A DNA stretch of 64,000 nt from Octopus vulgaris (GCA_951406725.2 OX597817.1:80166001-80230000), one strand, 5' to 3'; counted from the first letter of the stretch, positions 11,728 to 25,039 are shown. Program-made: numbers and translations. Notes: generated from the letters alone by a model not told the origin.

Positions 11728-12587
11728 GTGCTTGATCAACCCCAGATCAGTCCTGATCAACTGACACATGGTAAAATGTATTCAGTCGTTGATACTTTCA
11801 TCTCTTTTATTTAGACAAAAGTATTTCGAAGTACCTCTATCCAATGTGTTCATTGGGCTTAGTCTATCTTGGATTACATCATTTTAAGTTATACTGAAAC
11901 CCAGGCATAATGTATCAAGGACCACATTATCCAATGTGCTCATCAGGTTTAGTGTATCTAGGATTTCATTATCCGGTGTTTGCTTCAGACATTGTGTATC
12001 TAGTCACACCATCATATGCAATACATCCAGCAGGCTCTGTAACTAGAGTTACATTATCCAATGTACCCATCAGACACAATCTATCTAGAAGTACATTTCT
12101 GATAGTGCTCAGTAAACACAGTGTATGTAGGAAACATAATTCAGAATGTCTATCAGTCATAGTGTATCTAGAACTACAATATTCTATGCACCACTCAGAG
12201 AATTGTGTCTAGGACATCGTTATGTATCATGTCATTCCAATATAGTGTATTTAAAGCTAAGTTATTCTACGTGAGGACTACATTATCTAATGTGCTGTCT
12301 CTTTAAAACTGTATTGTATTCAATGTTTTACATTTGCTTTCCCCCACAAATTTTTTGTAACGTTCTTTTCTACTTTCCAGAATGCGGCATCCAGAAGTTT
12401 ACTACCTGCACATTCTAGAAATAGCAACCAAATATTCCTTTAATTATATACTCAACCCTCCTAAAAACATACAAAATGGCACATTGAATAATGTAGTGAT
12501 AGATATATTGTTTAAAAAATACATTATATGTTCATAATCACAAATGCCTTTAACCATTGGTCTAACTGACCTGGTGCTAAACAACAA
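11728..12587. mobile_element. MITE with internal ~42-bp degenerate minisatellite (11820-12300)
   Basis: Left end ...ccccagatcagtcctgatc and right end ...ctgacctggtgctaaacaac are inverted. About 10 decayed copies of tagtgtatctaggactacattatccaatgtg... lie inside. Related arms at ~30225-30296, ~30576-30650 and ~47995-48066. Confidence 0.6.
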
Positions 12588-13052
12588 AAGAACCTAACAA
12601 ATGGCTAGTTCCTTGACCTAATGTATTCATCCAGTACACCAACAAAGAAGAAAGCCAGAGGGCCAAATCGCCAATGAATCCTACAAATATAGGTAGGAGA
12701 TTTGGTTATGTTTTAATATGATTTACCATGTCACTGGTGCCTTGCAGTCTGTGATGGAGAATATGTATATTTTCTTATTGAGCAACTTTTAGTAGAATGC
12801 ATGTATGAGGTGAAAATATCCTACAGAAAGCATCTCCCATTACTAGAAGGTTCATGTAAGGTGGTGTCTATACATGTACGTGTGAATGGGAATACACACA
12901 CATACACATATGTATGTATATATATGTGTACATATGTATATGTATGTATACACACACACATATATATAAATATAAGAAGTGATGGTAGGAAGAAGACACC
13001 ATCCTTTCATGAGGCTAACATAACCTCTAATCGAATTATATATATATATATA

Positions 13053-14637
13053 CTGCGTTTCAAATTATTAATGACGACGGTCTAACATATGTTTATTCTA
13101 TTTAAAAACTACTCATTGGAATCCAACGAAATCTCTACAGAATAATGGCGCGTGGTGTCTAAAAAATGTGAGGTTTTGTGCAAGTGTAAACAAACCGCAG
13201 CCGTTTTGGATGATTTCCATGAACTTTCATTTTCCAAATTACAAACCAGTGGTCTGATAATCGTGTAATCATGGGTCTTAAATGCGATTTAACTGTTTCA
13301 GAGAAATCTGTTATTACTTCTGAACTTGCAGAGTGTAAATCAACATTAGAAAATATCTAAAATAATTGGAAGATATTCCCAAACTGTGAAAAAAAGAGTT
13401 GTTACAGCTCCTACGAAGATGCGTAAGAGAGCCGACAAGGGTCAGTCGAGGGCTGTTTCTCAACGTTCTCTGTCACGAATTAAGCGTGAAGCTATACAGA
13501 AGACAGGTCTTACAACTGGAGAACTTTTCAAGCGCATTGGTGAAACAACTGTGACCAGAACTACCTGATATTGTCTTCTGAAAAAAAAAAGGCGGTAAAC
13601 CAGCGACATCAGTTAAATGGCATTCTTTAAACAAAATGCACATACAAAATCGTCTGAAATGGGCAGAAGATAACGTGAAGGTCGACTTTCCAAAAGTTTT
13701 GTTTACCGACGAAATTCATGCTACCCTTGATAGATCTGATGGTTGGAGCAAGGGAAGGATTGTAAATGAACGAGATCGTCATGAACACTTGAGACGTCAA
13801 CAGGTGGCAGAAGGCTTCATGATATGGCCAGGTATTATTGGATGTACTGTGGTTGGTACTTGGAAAGTGCCTAATCGTGTTAAAATGTCTGCGGATGTTT
13901 ACATAGCCTTTCTGATTGAACACCTTGAACCTTGGTTGAAAAAGCAAAGGACCACCTTCAAAACAACCATAATATTGACTCAAGATAATGCTGCCTCACA
14001 CTCAGCGAGGAAAACAACAGAGCATCTGCAACAATTTGGCTTCTGTAGATCTCTGAAGATGAAGTGGCCAGCTTGTTACCCCGACTTAAACCAAATAGAA
14101 AACTTGTGGAGAATTCTAAAGCGAGTAGTTTACGAGGATGGACGCCAATTTAGGAGCAAGGATAAACTGTAGCTGTCAATAGTGTATGTATCTCATTATA
14201 TAACATCAGAGTATACCCAGAAATTAGCATGTTCCATGGACCAGCGTCTTTTCCAATTTATTTCAAAGAAACGCTCATACAACCCTCACTAACCAGCTCA
14301 CCTATTATTTTAGAACGCTGTTTATTTGTTTATTTCTTTTTCTTCCATGTTTATGACGGCATGTGTTCATTTCAGTATGTACATCAAACAATTAAATTTG
14401 TATTTTCTTGTTTACATGAATTTTAATTACACATCGTTAATAATTTGAAGCAGTGAAAGTTTACGTAAATTTAGTAATGGCCATAGTTTCTGTGTTGCTT
14501 TATGGAACTTCACTTCTTTTTTACACAGCACGTTCATATACATGTTGTCATCTCTCAGTAAAAATTTCATTGAATTCCAAAGACTAGTTTTTAAATAAGA
14601 TAAAATAATGTTAGATCGTTAATAATTTGAAACGCAG
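13053..14637 (+). mobile_element. Tc1-superfamily DNA transposon, DD37E (TRT-like), with ~200-bp IR/DR-type inverted ends
   Basis: Left end TA|CTGCGTTTCAAATTATTAA; right end TTAATAATTTGAAACGCAG. Inner direct repeat at 14433-14455. Transposase relic inside. Confidence 0.85.
13271..14292 (+). pseudogene. DD37E Tc1-like transposase, frameshifted and with stops
   Basis: MGLKCDLTVSEK... HTH region; VLFTDE, TQDNAASH, WPACYPDLNQIENLW. 37 residues between the second D and E. Confidence 0.88.
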
Positions 14638-14751
14638 GGAGGTTTGCTCGTGTGAATATTTATACATGCATGCATGCATAGAGGAATGGTAGCACAATAC
14701 ATAGAAATACAACTAAATCTATGCGTGTGTAAGTAATACGTATGTATATAA

Positions 14752-15003
14752 AAAAACTTAGATGTGTTTCGACTAAAGATTGGTCAAGGCCATATCTAAC
14801 AACAAGATAGGATTATCTAAATCCATTTTAAGTCAAGTTTTGTTTATGGTCCTTTCAAGTAGTGAGTTCTTGTTGAGTGAGTTGTATCCAGGTATGGGTG
14901 ACTTATCCGGTATTCCCTGAAAAAATCTCTCCAGACTCCGTTTGGAGGTGAAGGCATCCTTTTCCTCTTTGATCAGTTTTGGGATAATGTTAAACAGGGC
15001 AGC
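14752..15003 (-). mobile_element. CR1-clade LINE 3' fragment
   Basis: AALFNIIPKLIKEEKDAFTSKRSLERFFQGIPDKSPIPGYNSLNKNSL resembles the CR1 ORF2 C-terminus (LFNxLP...FKxxLDxFL..IPD.P..PGY...NSL), followed by a short 3' UTR. Confidence 0.7.
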
Positions 15004-15011
15004 TATATATG

Positions 15012-15124
<113 letters not shown>

Positions 15125-15634
15125 CATACACACATATATGTACATGTGCATGTATGTAAATTAATTTATACATTAATATAAATACGTATATTTTAGGTAT
15201 ATATATATATATATATACGCACACACGAAATGTGTATATATCTTGTGTACGTGTGTGTGTAAAAGACTTATGTATGAGTATAATCGAATGACTGAACAAA
15301 GAATTTTAGTGAAAATCATCACAAAAACTCTCATTCCGCGTTTTATTTTGTCAGTTTTTTTCTTTCGTTCTGCTACAGATGTTTTTGTTTTTTCCTATTT
15401 GCATTTCCAGAGAATGCCTAGTTTCACACAATTGATTTAAGTTTGAAGACTAATGCTTATCTTATTCACCCCTTACAGCTAAAATATTGACCTGAGAAAT
15501 TCCAGCCAATTTCTTCACTGGTTGACCATTCATCTCAGTGAATATGGAAGTAATCAGGTTTTCGACCTTCCTGTGTAGCAGAGACTGATTATGTCTGTGT
15601 CTAGCATTCTCACACACACACACACAGACACATA

Positions 15635-15696
<62 letters not shown>

Positions 15697-16084
15697 ATTA
15701 TATATATATGTGCGCGGTTACTTATGTGCATATATGTGTATGTGTGTATATATGTATATATGTGTTTCTATGTATTATATATATATATACAGACATATAT
15801 TTATGTGTGTTTACGTGTGTGCATATGTGTGTGTATGCATAAATATATATATGTGTGTGTGTAGGTATGTATGTATATGCATGTGTGCATATATATGCAT
15901 GCCTACATGTGTCAGTGGATGTATATGAGTGAATGAATAAACGAAAAGACTGGAATTAAACGCCTTTAGTTCGAGATATATATAAAACTGTTAATTTATA
16001 TGTATGTATATACATATATATATATACGCATATATATATATATATATATAAATGTGTATGTGTGTGTGTGAGTATGTATGTATA

Positions 16085-16132
<48 letters not shown>

Positions 16133-16187
16133 GACATGCATTTTGCTTATATATATATATTATATATACAGAGATATATATTACATT

Positions 16188-16380
16188 ACTTTTTTGCTTC
16201 ACTGCTGTGACGACCTCTGATACAAAATCGAACCACCTTGCCATGCAAGCAATTTTTTCTAGCCTCTCTGAAGCCACATCCAGATCATGGCACCACATCA
16301 GCTAATAGATTTTTCAGCAGTTTCTTTTGGTCATTCATTCCCCTTCTTTCCTTTTCCTGTTTCTTCTTTTTTTTCCCTCT
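16188..16380 (-). mobile_element. Probable RTE-clade LINE ORF C-terminal fragment
   Basis: Basic stretch, then ...LLADVV/HDLDVASERLEKIACMARWFDFVSEV, like RTE ends (LExLAxDRxxWRxxV). Frameshifted. Confidence 0.45.
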
Positions 16381-16453
16381 AAATTTGTACATTTGTATAA
16401 ATTAGTCTTTATTTATAGCTGCCTATTTATCTAACAGTCTGATGATATGCATT

Positions 16454-16454
<1 letters not shown>

Positions 16455-16532
<78 letters not shown>

Positions 16533-16541
16533 GTCTGTCTA

Positions 16542-16600
<59 letters not shown>

Positions 16601-16601
16601 A

Positions 16602-16698
<97 letters not shown>

Positions 16699-16761
16699 GT
16701 TTGTCTGTCTATCTATTTTTCTGTATGTCTACTTATCTATTTATTTGACTTCCTGTCCATT

Positions 16762-16800
<39 letters not shown>

Positions 16801-16802
16801 CT

Positions 16803-16834
<32 letters not shown>

Positions 16835-17135
16835 TCCATTTATCCATCTAGCTATCTATTCATGTACATATCTATTTATTTATCTTTTCATCTGTCTTCT
16901 CTCTACCCATTCATCATGCCACTTATCTATCTATCTTTCTAATTATCTATCAATGTATCTATATATCTACTTATCGACCTATCTACTTAGCGGTCTATCT
17001 ATCTGTCTATATGCCTGTCGATCTATTTATGCCTCCATCCGCCCGTCCGTCCGTCCGTCCGCCCGCCCGTCCGTCTGTCTGTCTGTCGATCTATTTCTCT
17101 ATTCATAAATCTATATATCTGTCTATTTTTCTCTC

Positions 17136-17218
<83 letters not shown>

Positions 17219-17290
17219 TATGTATTATGTATGTATATGTATATATATACCCATGTTTCTCTCTCACTATCTATCTCTCTAATTAACTGT
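16455..17290. repeat. Compound (TCTA/TCTG/TTTC/TC/TA)n microsatellite block
   Basis: Directly visible tetra- and dinucleotide runs. Confidence 0.9.
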
Positions 17291-17505
17291 TTCTCCATGT
17301 ATCTATTCATCATTCTCAAGCATAACAGACTAAATGACACACAGTCTTTCATTTGGAGCCTTTTCTATTCTGTGACAATTCCTTAACACACCATCAACCC
17401 ATCCTTTCATACGAAAAGTCACAGAAATCAAAAGAAATAAATATTAACTACATACTAAACCTCTCTGACAACCATCCTCGCTAATTACTTCCCCTTTTCG
17501 CTTAT

Positions 17506-17524
17506 TGCCTGCCAGGTGGCGCTT
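17506..17524 (+). promoter_or_regulatory. Possible CTCF-binding motif
   Basis: TGCCTGCCAGGTGGCGCTT vs consensus TGGCCACCAGGGGGCGCTA, in non-repetitive-looking context. Motif match only. Confidence 0.3.
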
Positions 17525-18069
17525 CACCAAAATCTGAGCAGATGAGAAAGTCGTTCTTTTTGATTTTCTGGACAATTTGCTTCTTTTTTTTTTTTTAGCA
17601 AATTTGGATAAAGGTTTTCTGTAGTATAATTTTTAGTAGTTTTTTACAAAAGGAAGGGAAATTGATAACTTCTGGCATGTAGCTACATGAAAGTTATTTA
17701 ATTAGATTTCTTGCGGATGTGTGTTGTTATTGGATACCCCCAGCCAATACTGCATCAGAAGACGAGACAAAAATCTTTACGTTGAAATAGCTGGATAAAA
17801 TGATACAAAGAAGTATTCAGTTATCATTTGAAATATAGCCTCTACCATTTCGATTTGTCTCCCTTGCCTGCCTACACAATTTGTTCACGTTCTTTAACAA
17901 ACTTATTTTACAATGAATTTTAGGTTGACTTCCCTAAGTATGTTTGCTTCTCTTCTACATAAATATACGTATAAGACATGTTGTTCAAAGAGATAGGATT
18001 TTAAAAAATATGGTGTCCAAAATTTTTAAAAGCAGTAGGAATATTTTCAAATTAGAATTTTCAAGCTTG

Positions 18070-18214
18070 GATGTGGTAAGAAGCTTACATCCAGACTACC
18101 TGGTCCTGGGTTCAGTTCCACTGCATGGCAACTTGTTCAGCTTATTATAGCCTTGGGCCGACCAATAAATAGAAAGATAAAGATTTGGCAGACGGAAACT
18201 GAAAAAAGCCTGTC

Positions 18215-18266
<52 letters not shown>

Positions 18267-18420
18267 ATCTTTGTATCTGTGTTTGTTGCTCACCACCGGT
18301 TGATGCATTTACGTCCCCGTAACTTAGATATTCGACAAAGAAACTGATGGAATAAGTACTAGACTTCAAAAGAAGTATTAGGATCGATTCATTCGATTTC
18401 TTCAAGGCAGTGCTCCAGGG
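18070..18420 (+). mobile_element. Family A SINE (degenerate)
   Basis: Head/body/(TG)n/tail match 4464-4853. Confidence 0.75.
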
Positions 18421-18454
18421 AGATATGAACTCAGAATATTAAGTGATGAAACTA

Positions 18455-18792
18455 AATAATCCTTTCTATTCTAGGTACAAGGCTGAGAATAGTCGATTAT
18501 ATTGACCCAATGTTCAACTGACACATATTTTAACGACCCCGAAAGGATGAAAGGCAAAGTTGACCTCAACGGAATTTGAATTCTTAACCTAAAGGCGGAC
18601 GAAATACGGCTCAGTATTTTCTCCAGCATCCTAACGACTTCGCCACCTCACTGCCTTGATGTAACTAAATAATAGAATGGATAACTAGCTAGATTATTAA
18701 ACTAGAAATCTAATTCCAGCTAGTTTAAGGGAGGAGGAGGAAAGGAAAAGAAGAAGAGGAGGGGGAGGAGGGGGAGAAGAAGAAGAAGAAAA

Positions 18793-18824
<32 letters not shown>

Positions 18825-19030
18825 GAAGAAGAAGAAGAAGAATCTTTTCTACGATAGACACAGTCTGACATTTTAGCGTAGGGGCCGAGTTGGTTACATT
18901 GTCCTTTGTGCGCAACAAGTTCTTATCTCATCGACCCGGAAAGTACGAAATTTGAGCTCAAAACGTAAAGACAGATGAAATGATCCCTAGCATTTTGTCC
19001 GCAAAGCTAACGACTCTGACTGCTTGCCAC
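18455..19030 (-). mobile_element. Two degenerate family B SINEs (18455-18660, 18843-19030) separated by a (GAA)n tract
   Basis: gaccccgaaaggatgaaaggcaaagttgacctc..ggaatttgaa is the reverse complement of the family B core. Confidence 0.7.
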
Positions 19031-19204
19031 GAAAACAAAAAGAGAAAAATATCTCCTGAGGAAAAAGAGCAATTCTAAAGCAACTCAACAAGGAATACCA
19101 CATCTCCGTATTTTCCCCCGCAACATAACTTGTGTAAGAGTAACCCCATTTTTCCAGTTGCCCTAACCTTGTTATATTTGTATATTAATTGCTTTGTCTT
19201 TCAT

Positions 19205-21225
19205 AATGAGTGAGGAAATCCAAACTCATATTCAAAAAAGAAAGTTTTGAAATGGTTGCAAAACCCCGAATATAAGGATTGGCTTCAATCAAATAAAAAA
19301 AAATTACAAAGAAGCTGGCTACTGTAAATAGTGCAACAAAATGCCGATAAATCCATGCAAATGAAGCACATACTCTTCTGTCAAGCATAAGAGTTGCTTT
19401 GATGTGTCTAAATCTAGTGAGGATATTTCTTAATTCATCGTGGCAAGAAGTCAACAGAGAATGAACAAACAACCCAAAGTGAACTGCTTATTATTGGTTA
19501 TTTTACTGAACATAATCTTTTAACAAACATCGATCATCTTCTTACAGTAAGAGAACATTTCCCGACAAGCAAGACTGTTGAAACATTAATTATCAACAAA
19601 GAGAAATTAAACTTGTGTATGTCCTTCAGTATGGAAAAGGCTTTCATGAAAAATTAATGATAGAACTCAAAAGTTTCTGTCATAATTGACGAAAGTACAG
19701 AGGTTTCAGTAACTCAAATTTTGGCTCTAGTTAGGAGATAAGTTGATTTGAATAAACACAATGCTGATTCGTTGTCAGGCACTGTGGATGTCTAAAATGG
19801 AATGATTCTTGGCTAATGGAATGATGTTGAGTCTCTCTTGCATGAAATAAATATTCTCAAGAAAATACTGGATTCAAAAGAGATGTATCTTCTTCCCTAA
19901 TGAGCGCCGTAAGTGGGTTCTAGAAATTACTGAAAGATGATGGGCTTCAGTTTTTATAATGGAATACGTCTCTCTGTATTTTATTCTTTGTGTTAATCAC
20001 ACTCTAGACATATTGCACACATACATAGAAAATTCTGTAAAAGATTTACTCTCTTGCTTTCGTCGCAACAGCGAAAGTCAACGGGACTTCTCGCTTTTCC
20101 AAGGAGTGGATTTGAAAACTTGTCAAAGAATACCAAAACTTACATAAACAAGGTCGCTTTCTCAAAAAACAGTTATTACAATCACAGAAGAACAATTTGA
20201 TGGTTTACTTCTATATTTCTTAAGTAAATCGTTAGTTAACAAAGTTGATGGTGCCAGAAGAAGTTTTACGGTCTTAAGCAATTACAGAATCAATTTATAC
20301 GGTCTTAAGTATTCACAGAACCACGTAAACGCTCTTTTTCGTTATATATGTGCCACACAATGTGAATTTATTGAATGTTAAATTCCAATCTGCACATCTT
20401 AGACTTCATCGCCTGTATTTAACAACATCAACAAAAGACAAAAATGTGAATTATTTTAAAGATGAATTGCAAAATAACATTACACTATCACAAATTGAGC
20501 TAAGCAATGAAAGTAATTACAAAATCATATTTATTTCAGAAGTAAAGTGATAGTTCAAATATTTAAGGAACACGATGATGTAATCGGCATTAGAAGATTT
20601 AAAACAGTTTGAAACTCCTGATGGAATTTTGTATTAAATAAGAAAAAAATGTTTCCCTTCAGTAGAAATAGAATTATTGTTAATTCATAAATATTAGACG
20701 CGACCCCAAACTCATTTATCCAGCATATCTCTTACGTCTTTCGTGCCACAAACTGCTTATTTCTCATCTGTTGCGTCAGAAAGCAGTCTAAATGATCTTG
20801 ATGATCATTAGAAAAGTTATAGTTTAACAGCAAACAACTTACCTATTTCAACAGAAAATATTCATGAATATTGGTTTACAAAATACGATTTGTTATCCAA
20901 TTTTATGATTTAGTATCCTTCCATATTCGTCAGCATAGATAGAAAGAAAATCTTTCGTTATAAACTCTATCAAAGATTGATTCAAGAGCAGAGATTGTTA
21001 ACGTTAGATTCGCTTCAAAGCAGTTTATCATTTCAAATAAATCCCATGGAATGTTCTAATGTAGAAGCTCAGAAAGCAATTAAACTCAAACATGAAAGAA
21101 AGCGCTGTAAGCAAAACATAGTTGGAAAGATCTAAAGAAAACATAATGAAAATAACGAATATTTGATTCTTTCAAGAGGAATTGAAAAAGAGAAAGAGGA
21201 ATTAGAAGTGAGTCTTACATATTAA
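19205..21225 (+). pseudogene. Decayed hAT-superfamily transposase
   Basis: N-terminal KWLQNPEYKDWLQ...YCKxCNK zinc-finger-like segment; ELLIIGYFTEHNLLTNIDHLL...HFPTSK; catalytic SVIIDESTEVSVTQILALV; C-terminal LPYSSAxIER dimerisation motif (~20917-20950). Many stops and frameshifts. Confidence 0.8.
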
Positions 21226-22096
21226 AACTGGAATGTCTGCGTATGAATATGGTATTTTGTTTGTTTCTCAACAAATTCTACCATCTACCAGTGTTTTCGT
21301 TTAATACAATGTCTCATACATTTCTTGGGAATGAGAAGTGTTGAGTGAATTGTCATCTTTCATGCTGCTGGCCTTGATTATATACTCCACTGACAACCTG
21401 AGCTTGAGGCAAAATAAGATATTAATATCCACAAAAAAGAGGGAAGATATAGTCATTTATATCTACCCTACTATTTGACTGCTTTATTTTATTGATCTCA
21501 GAAGAATGAAAGGTGAGGTTGATCCTGATGGAATTTAAACAGACTGCAAGAAAATACGAGGAATAAGGAATTCTAAAATAAGAATGAAGTCATAATTTTG
21601 TAGTACAGTATAGTTCATTAAGCCCCAGTATCTAACTAGCATTTTATTTTATTTAATCCCAGAGGGCTAGACGGCAGAGTAGATTTCGGAAGGAGTTTGA
21701 ACGACTTAATGAAATATAACAAAACATTTTTGTCCTATTCCCAAATATACTTTTCAGTTCACCATCCTGGGTCAAATTAAACTATTCTTCTTACTAATCA
21801 TTAGTGACCTAACAAGAATATTAGAACATATAGTATTCTAATTCTTCACGTTATACCAAAATACAAATGGTAGGTATCAGAATCGATTGAATTGCAAACA
21901 AAATACCTTGCCTTAATATTTAGTTAGGGTTCTATATATTCTGGGTTGTAATCCCAAAGTTATCTTTACTTTCTATGCTTTCAAGATCGATAAAACAAAG
22001 TACCGATCAAGTACTGTAAGTCATTTTAATTTGATTATATCCACCCTTGAACATTTGTGGTTGCGTACTCTAGTCAAATATCTTTAAATGAGAAAC

Positions 22097-22520
22097 AAGG
22101 TCGTCAAATGGCAAATTCAGTGTAGTAGTGGACAAAATTACTGTGTTCAATTTAGATTTACGATGAGGTGCTGAAACGTTCCTGGTTTGGATAAAAGAAA
22201 ATACTGGAGGATCAGTTAATTATAATTATATTTAACATATTCCCCTCTCAAATTCACATACTCATTGCAGCGGCCCTTCAATTTTCCTAAGCCCAGTAAA
22301 AAAAAACTTGGAAGCCTTTCGCGATAGCTTTAAAGCCAGGAACTTTTCTGCATTCCCTTACATATAGGTTCTGCGTTCAAATTCTGTCAAGATCTCCTTT
22401 GCCTTACCTCCTTCCAGGCTCAATAAAATAATAAAGTATCAGTTAAGCATTGGGGATCGATTAAATCGAATAATATCTTTGTTCTGTTATGTGAGGCCAT
22501 GCGCCCAATGTTAGAAACCA
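22097..22520 (+). mobile_element. Family B SINE interrupted by mariner-type MITE (22161-22362)
   Basis: SINE head before and Nin-like core after a TA-flanked MITE homologous to 5238-5454. Confidence 0.6.
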
Positions 22521-23243
22521 TTATTGAATAACAGCAACATAAACCACTAACACAAACCACAACGAAAATAGACAAATGAATAAGTAAATAAATAAAACAT
22601 TACTCTGTCCACTGGGTTCTGAGGTAGTGGAGTTGAATGACCAAAAATAAGTCTTAAAAATTCCTGTGTAGAAAGCCAGCTGCGTGTAAAGCAGGATGCT
22701 GACATCAATATGAAAGGATGGAAAATGAAGGAAACATATCCGGACATGGAGAATGCAAAGTATAGGATTTATTTATAATCAAAGTACACACAGTAAGAGA
22801 CCAGTCGCAGTGTTGTTATACAAAAACAATGGAGAAATCAACTAGAACACAACACAGATATATTTGCAGGAGGCAGGTTACATTTCTCGCCAACATAACA
22901 CAGCGCCGTCGTGGAGAACAACATAAGCGGTATTTATGAAATAGTTTTATTAAAATATTTCAGTTCTTTTCAGGGGGCTTGTTTGTTTCATTCCAGTGTT
23001 TTACCTTTCTTTTTCTTTCTCTTTTTGTTTCCATCTGTCCATCAATTATTATTATTATGTCCAGTTATTTCTGTGCTTGCTATGTGAACAGCAAAAACTT
23101 TTCTAACATGAATTATGCGAGATGCTTTGTGTGTGTGTTTGTTCATGGCTAAATAGATATATACGTTTATGTTGCGACACTGATAATACTTCTGCACACA
23201 CGCACGCTCGCACACACACATACCTGTGTGTGTGTGTATATAT

Positions 23244-23289
<46 letters not shown>

Positions 23290-23424
23290 TGTATGTATGT
23301 ATGTATACACATTATACATATATGTATATATATATAAATATATATATAAATATGTATTCATATAAATGTATGTAAACGTAATGATAATCACGTTAGGTAG
23401 CTCGATATACAATGGATATTACGC

Positions 23425-23855
23425 ACATTAAATACAAAGGTGCGGCTTAAACAGAATAGAAATGATATCAAGAATTAAAGGGGTTGAAGAAGAGTATTAC
23501 AAACCCAACAGCTGTTTCTGACAAACCCAACAGCCGTTTCTGGGAACTTGGTAGTTCAAAATAATGATTGTAAATAACTGCTATCGGCGGTTGACAGAAA
23601 GGAAATTAAAGATGATTCCAACTTTAATCTCCTTTCTGTCAACACTTCGGATGTAAGATTTCTTCCCTGAAGACGGAGATACGTATCATCCGACGATGGA
23701 ATCAATTTATAATCAGCATTTCGGACCACCGAGCCCTCAGAAACAGCTGTTGGATTAGTAATACTCTTCTTCGACCCGTTTAATTCTTGATATTATTTTT
23801 AATTCTGTGTAAGCAGGAATGTTTTGTATGTAAACATATATTTTGTATTTAATGT
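23425..23855. mobile_element. Foldback made of inverted PLE-like pseudo-LTR segments, with inner hairpin 23590-23643
   Basis: 23445-23520 is the reverse complement of ~23738-23814. Contains CTGAAGA and GAAACAGCTGT, typical of PLE hammerhead remnants. Confidence 0.6.
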
Positions 23856-24931
23856 ATTTAATATTCTTTGTATATCTACCAAACGAACTTCTTATTCTTA
23901 CATTTACTCTTCTACCCGCTCAAGTTTAAACCTCGTGGGCACACAAAGTGTATTCTATACAGAGAATATCTGATACTCATCAATGATATATATATTTGCG
24001 TGTGTATGCATGACTCTACCCATTTCCTCTCAATCCCTGTATGTACACACACACACACACACACACACACAAGCACATATATATATGCATATATACTGAA
24101 TATGTGTATAAAGATAGATAAATAGGTAGATATTTATGTATATGTGCGCAGACGCATATATATGTATATATATTTGTGGGTATATATATGTATATGTATA
24201 TTTATATATATGTAAATGTGTATATGTATATATATATGTATATGTATATATATATATATGTATGTATATGTACATATACATATATATATACACACATGCA
24301 AACATGTATCTGGTGTGTGTGTGTCTGTGAGTGTGTAGATGTATATATTTTTTATTAGTGCTACAGTAAGATAAAGTGAGTATACCCATGCACTTAACAG
24401 TCCTTCGGAATTTGAAGTGCTTCTGTCACTGAAGGGAAGGGCTAGTATTTTGGGTACGATCTTAGTCCTGCTATAGATTTAACATTGCCAGAATAGGTTA
24501 TTAGAGATTCAAGGCGCTATAATATGACTTAGCTCTGCCTTCAAACTGAACTTGGTAATTAACGATGAATTAAATTACTATTTTCTTCTGAAGATCTGGC
24601 GTTATAAAGTGATTACGCAATTGTCTAACTAACGATTCCTGGAAAGCATCCCAAGTGTACGTAAGGGAAATACAGACAAGGATTGCGTACTTTACTGTTT
24701 TATAACCTTACTACTATGGGCGTAAAGTCTGAATTTTGGGGAGTGTGTAAGTGGTACTTACTGTACCGACTGCGAAAAGACGTAAAATAATGTCAACTTC
24801 GAGAGAATTTGAACTCAGAACATAAAGCCGGAAGAAATGGCGCTATTTATTTTGTCAGCCAAAGCATTTCTTTAGTTTATGATGTTATTGTACAAAGTTT
24901 AACTGAATTTCCTATTTCATTCTGTTCTCCA

Positions 24932-24966
<35 letters not shown>

Positions 24967-25039
24967 TGTATGTATGTATGTATGTATGTATGTATGTATG
25001 TATGTATGTATGTATGTTTGTATGTTTGTATATATATAC

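Noticed and set aside
11820-12300. CRISPR-like or coding periodic repeat
   Set aside because: Degenerate head-to-tail units with no unique spacers, no cas genes and a eukaryotic context. Explained as a MITE-internal minisatellite.
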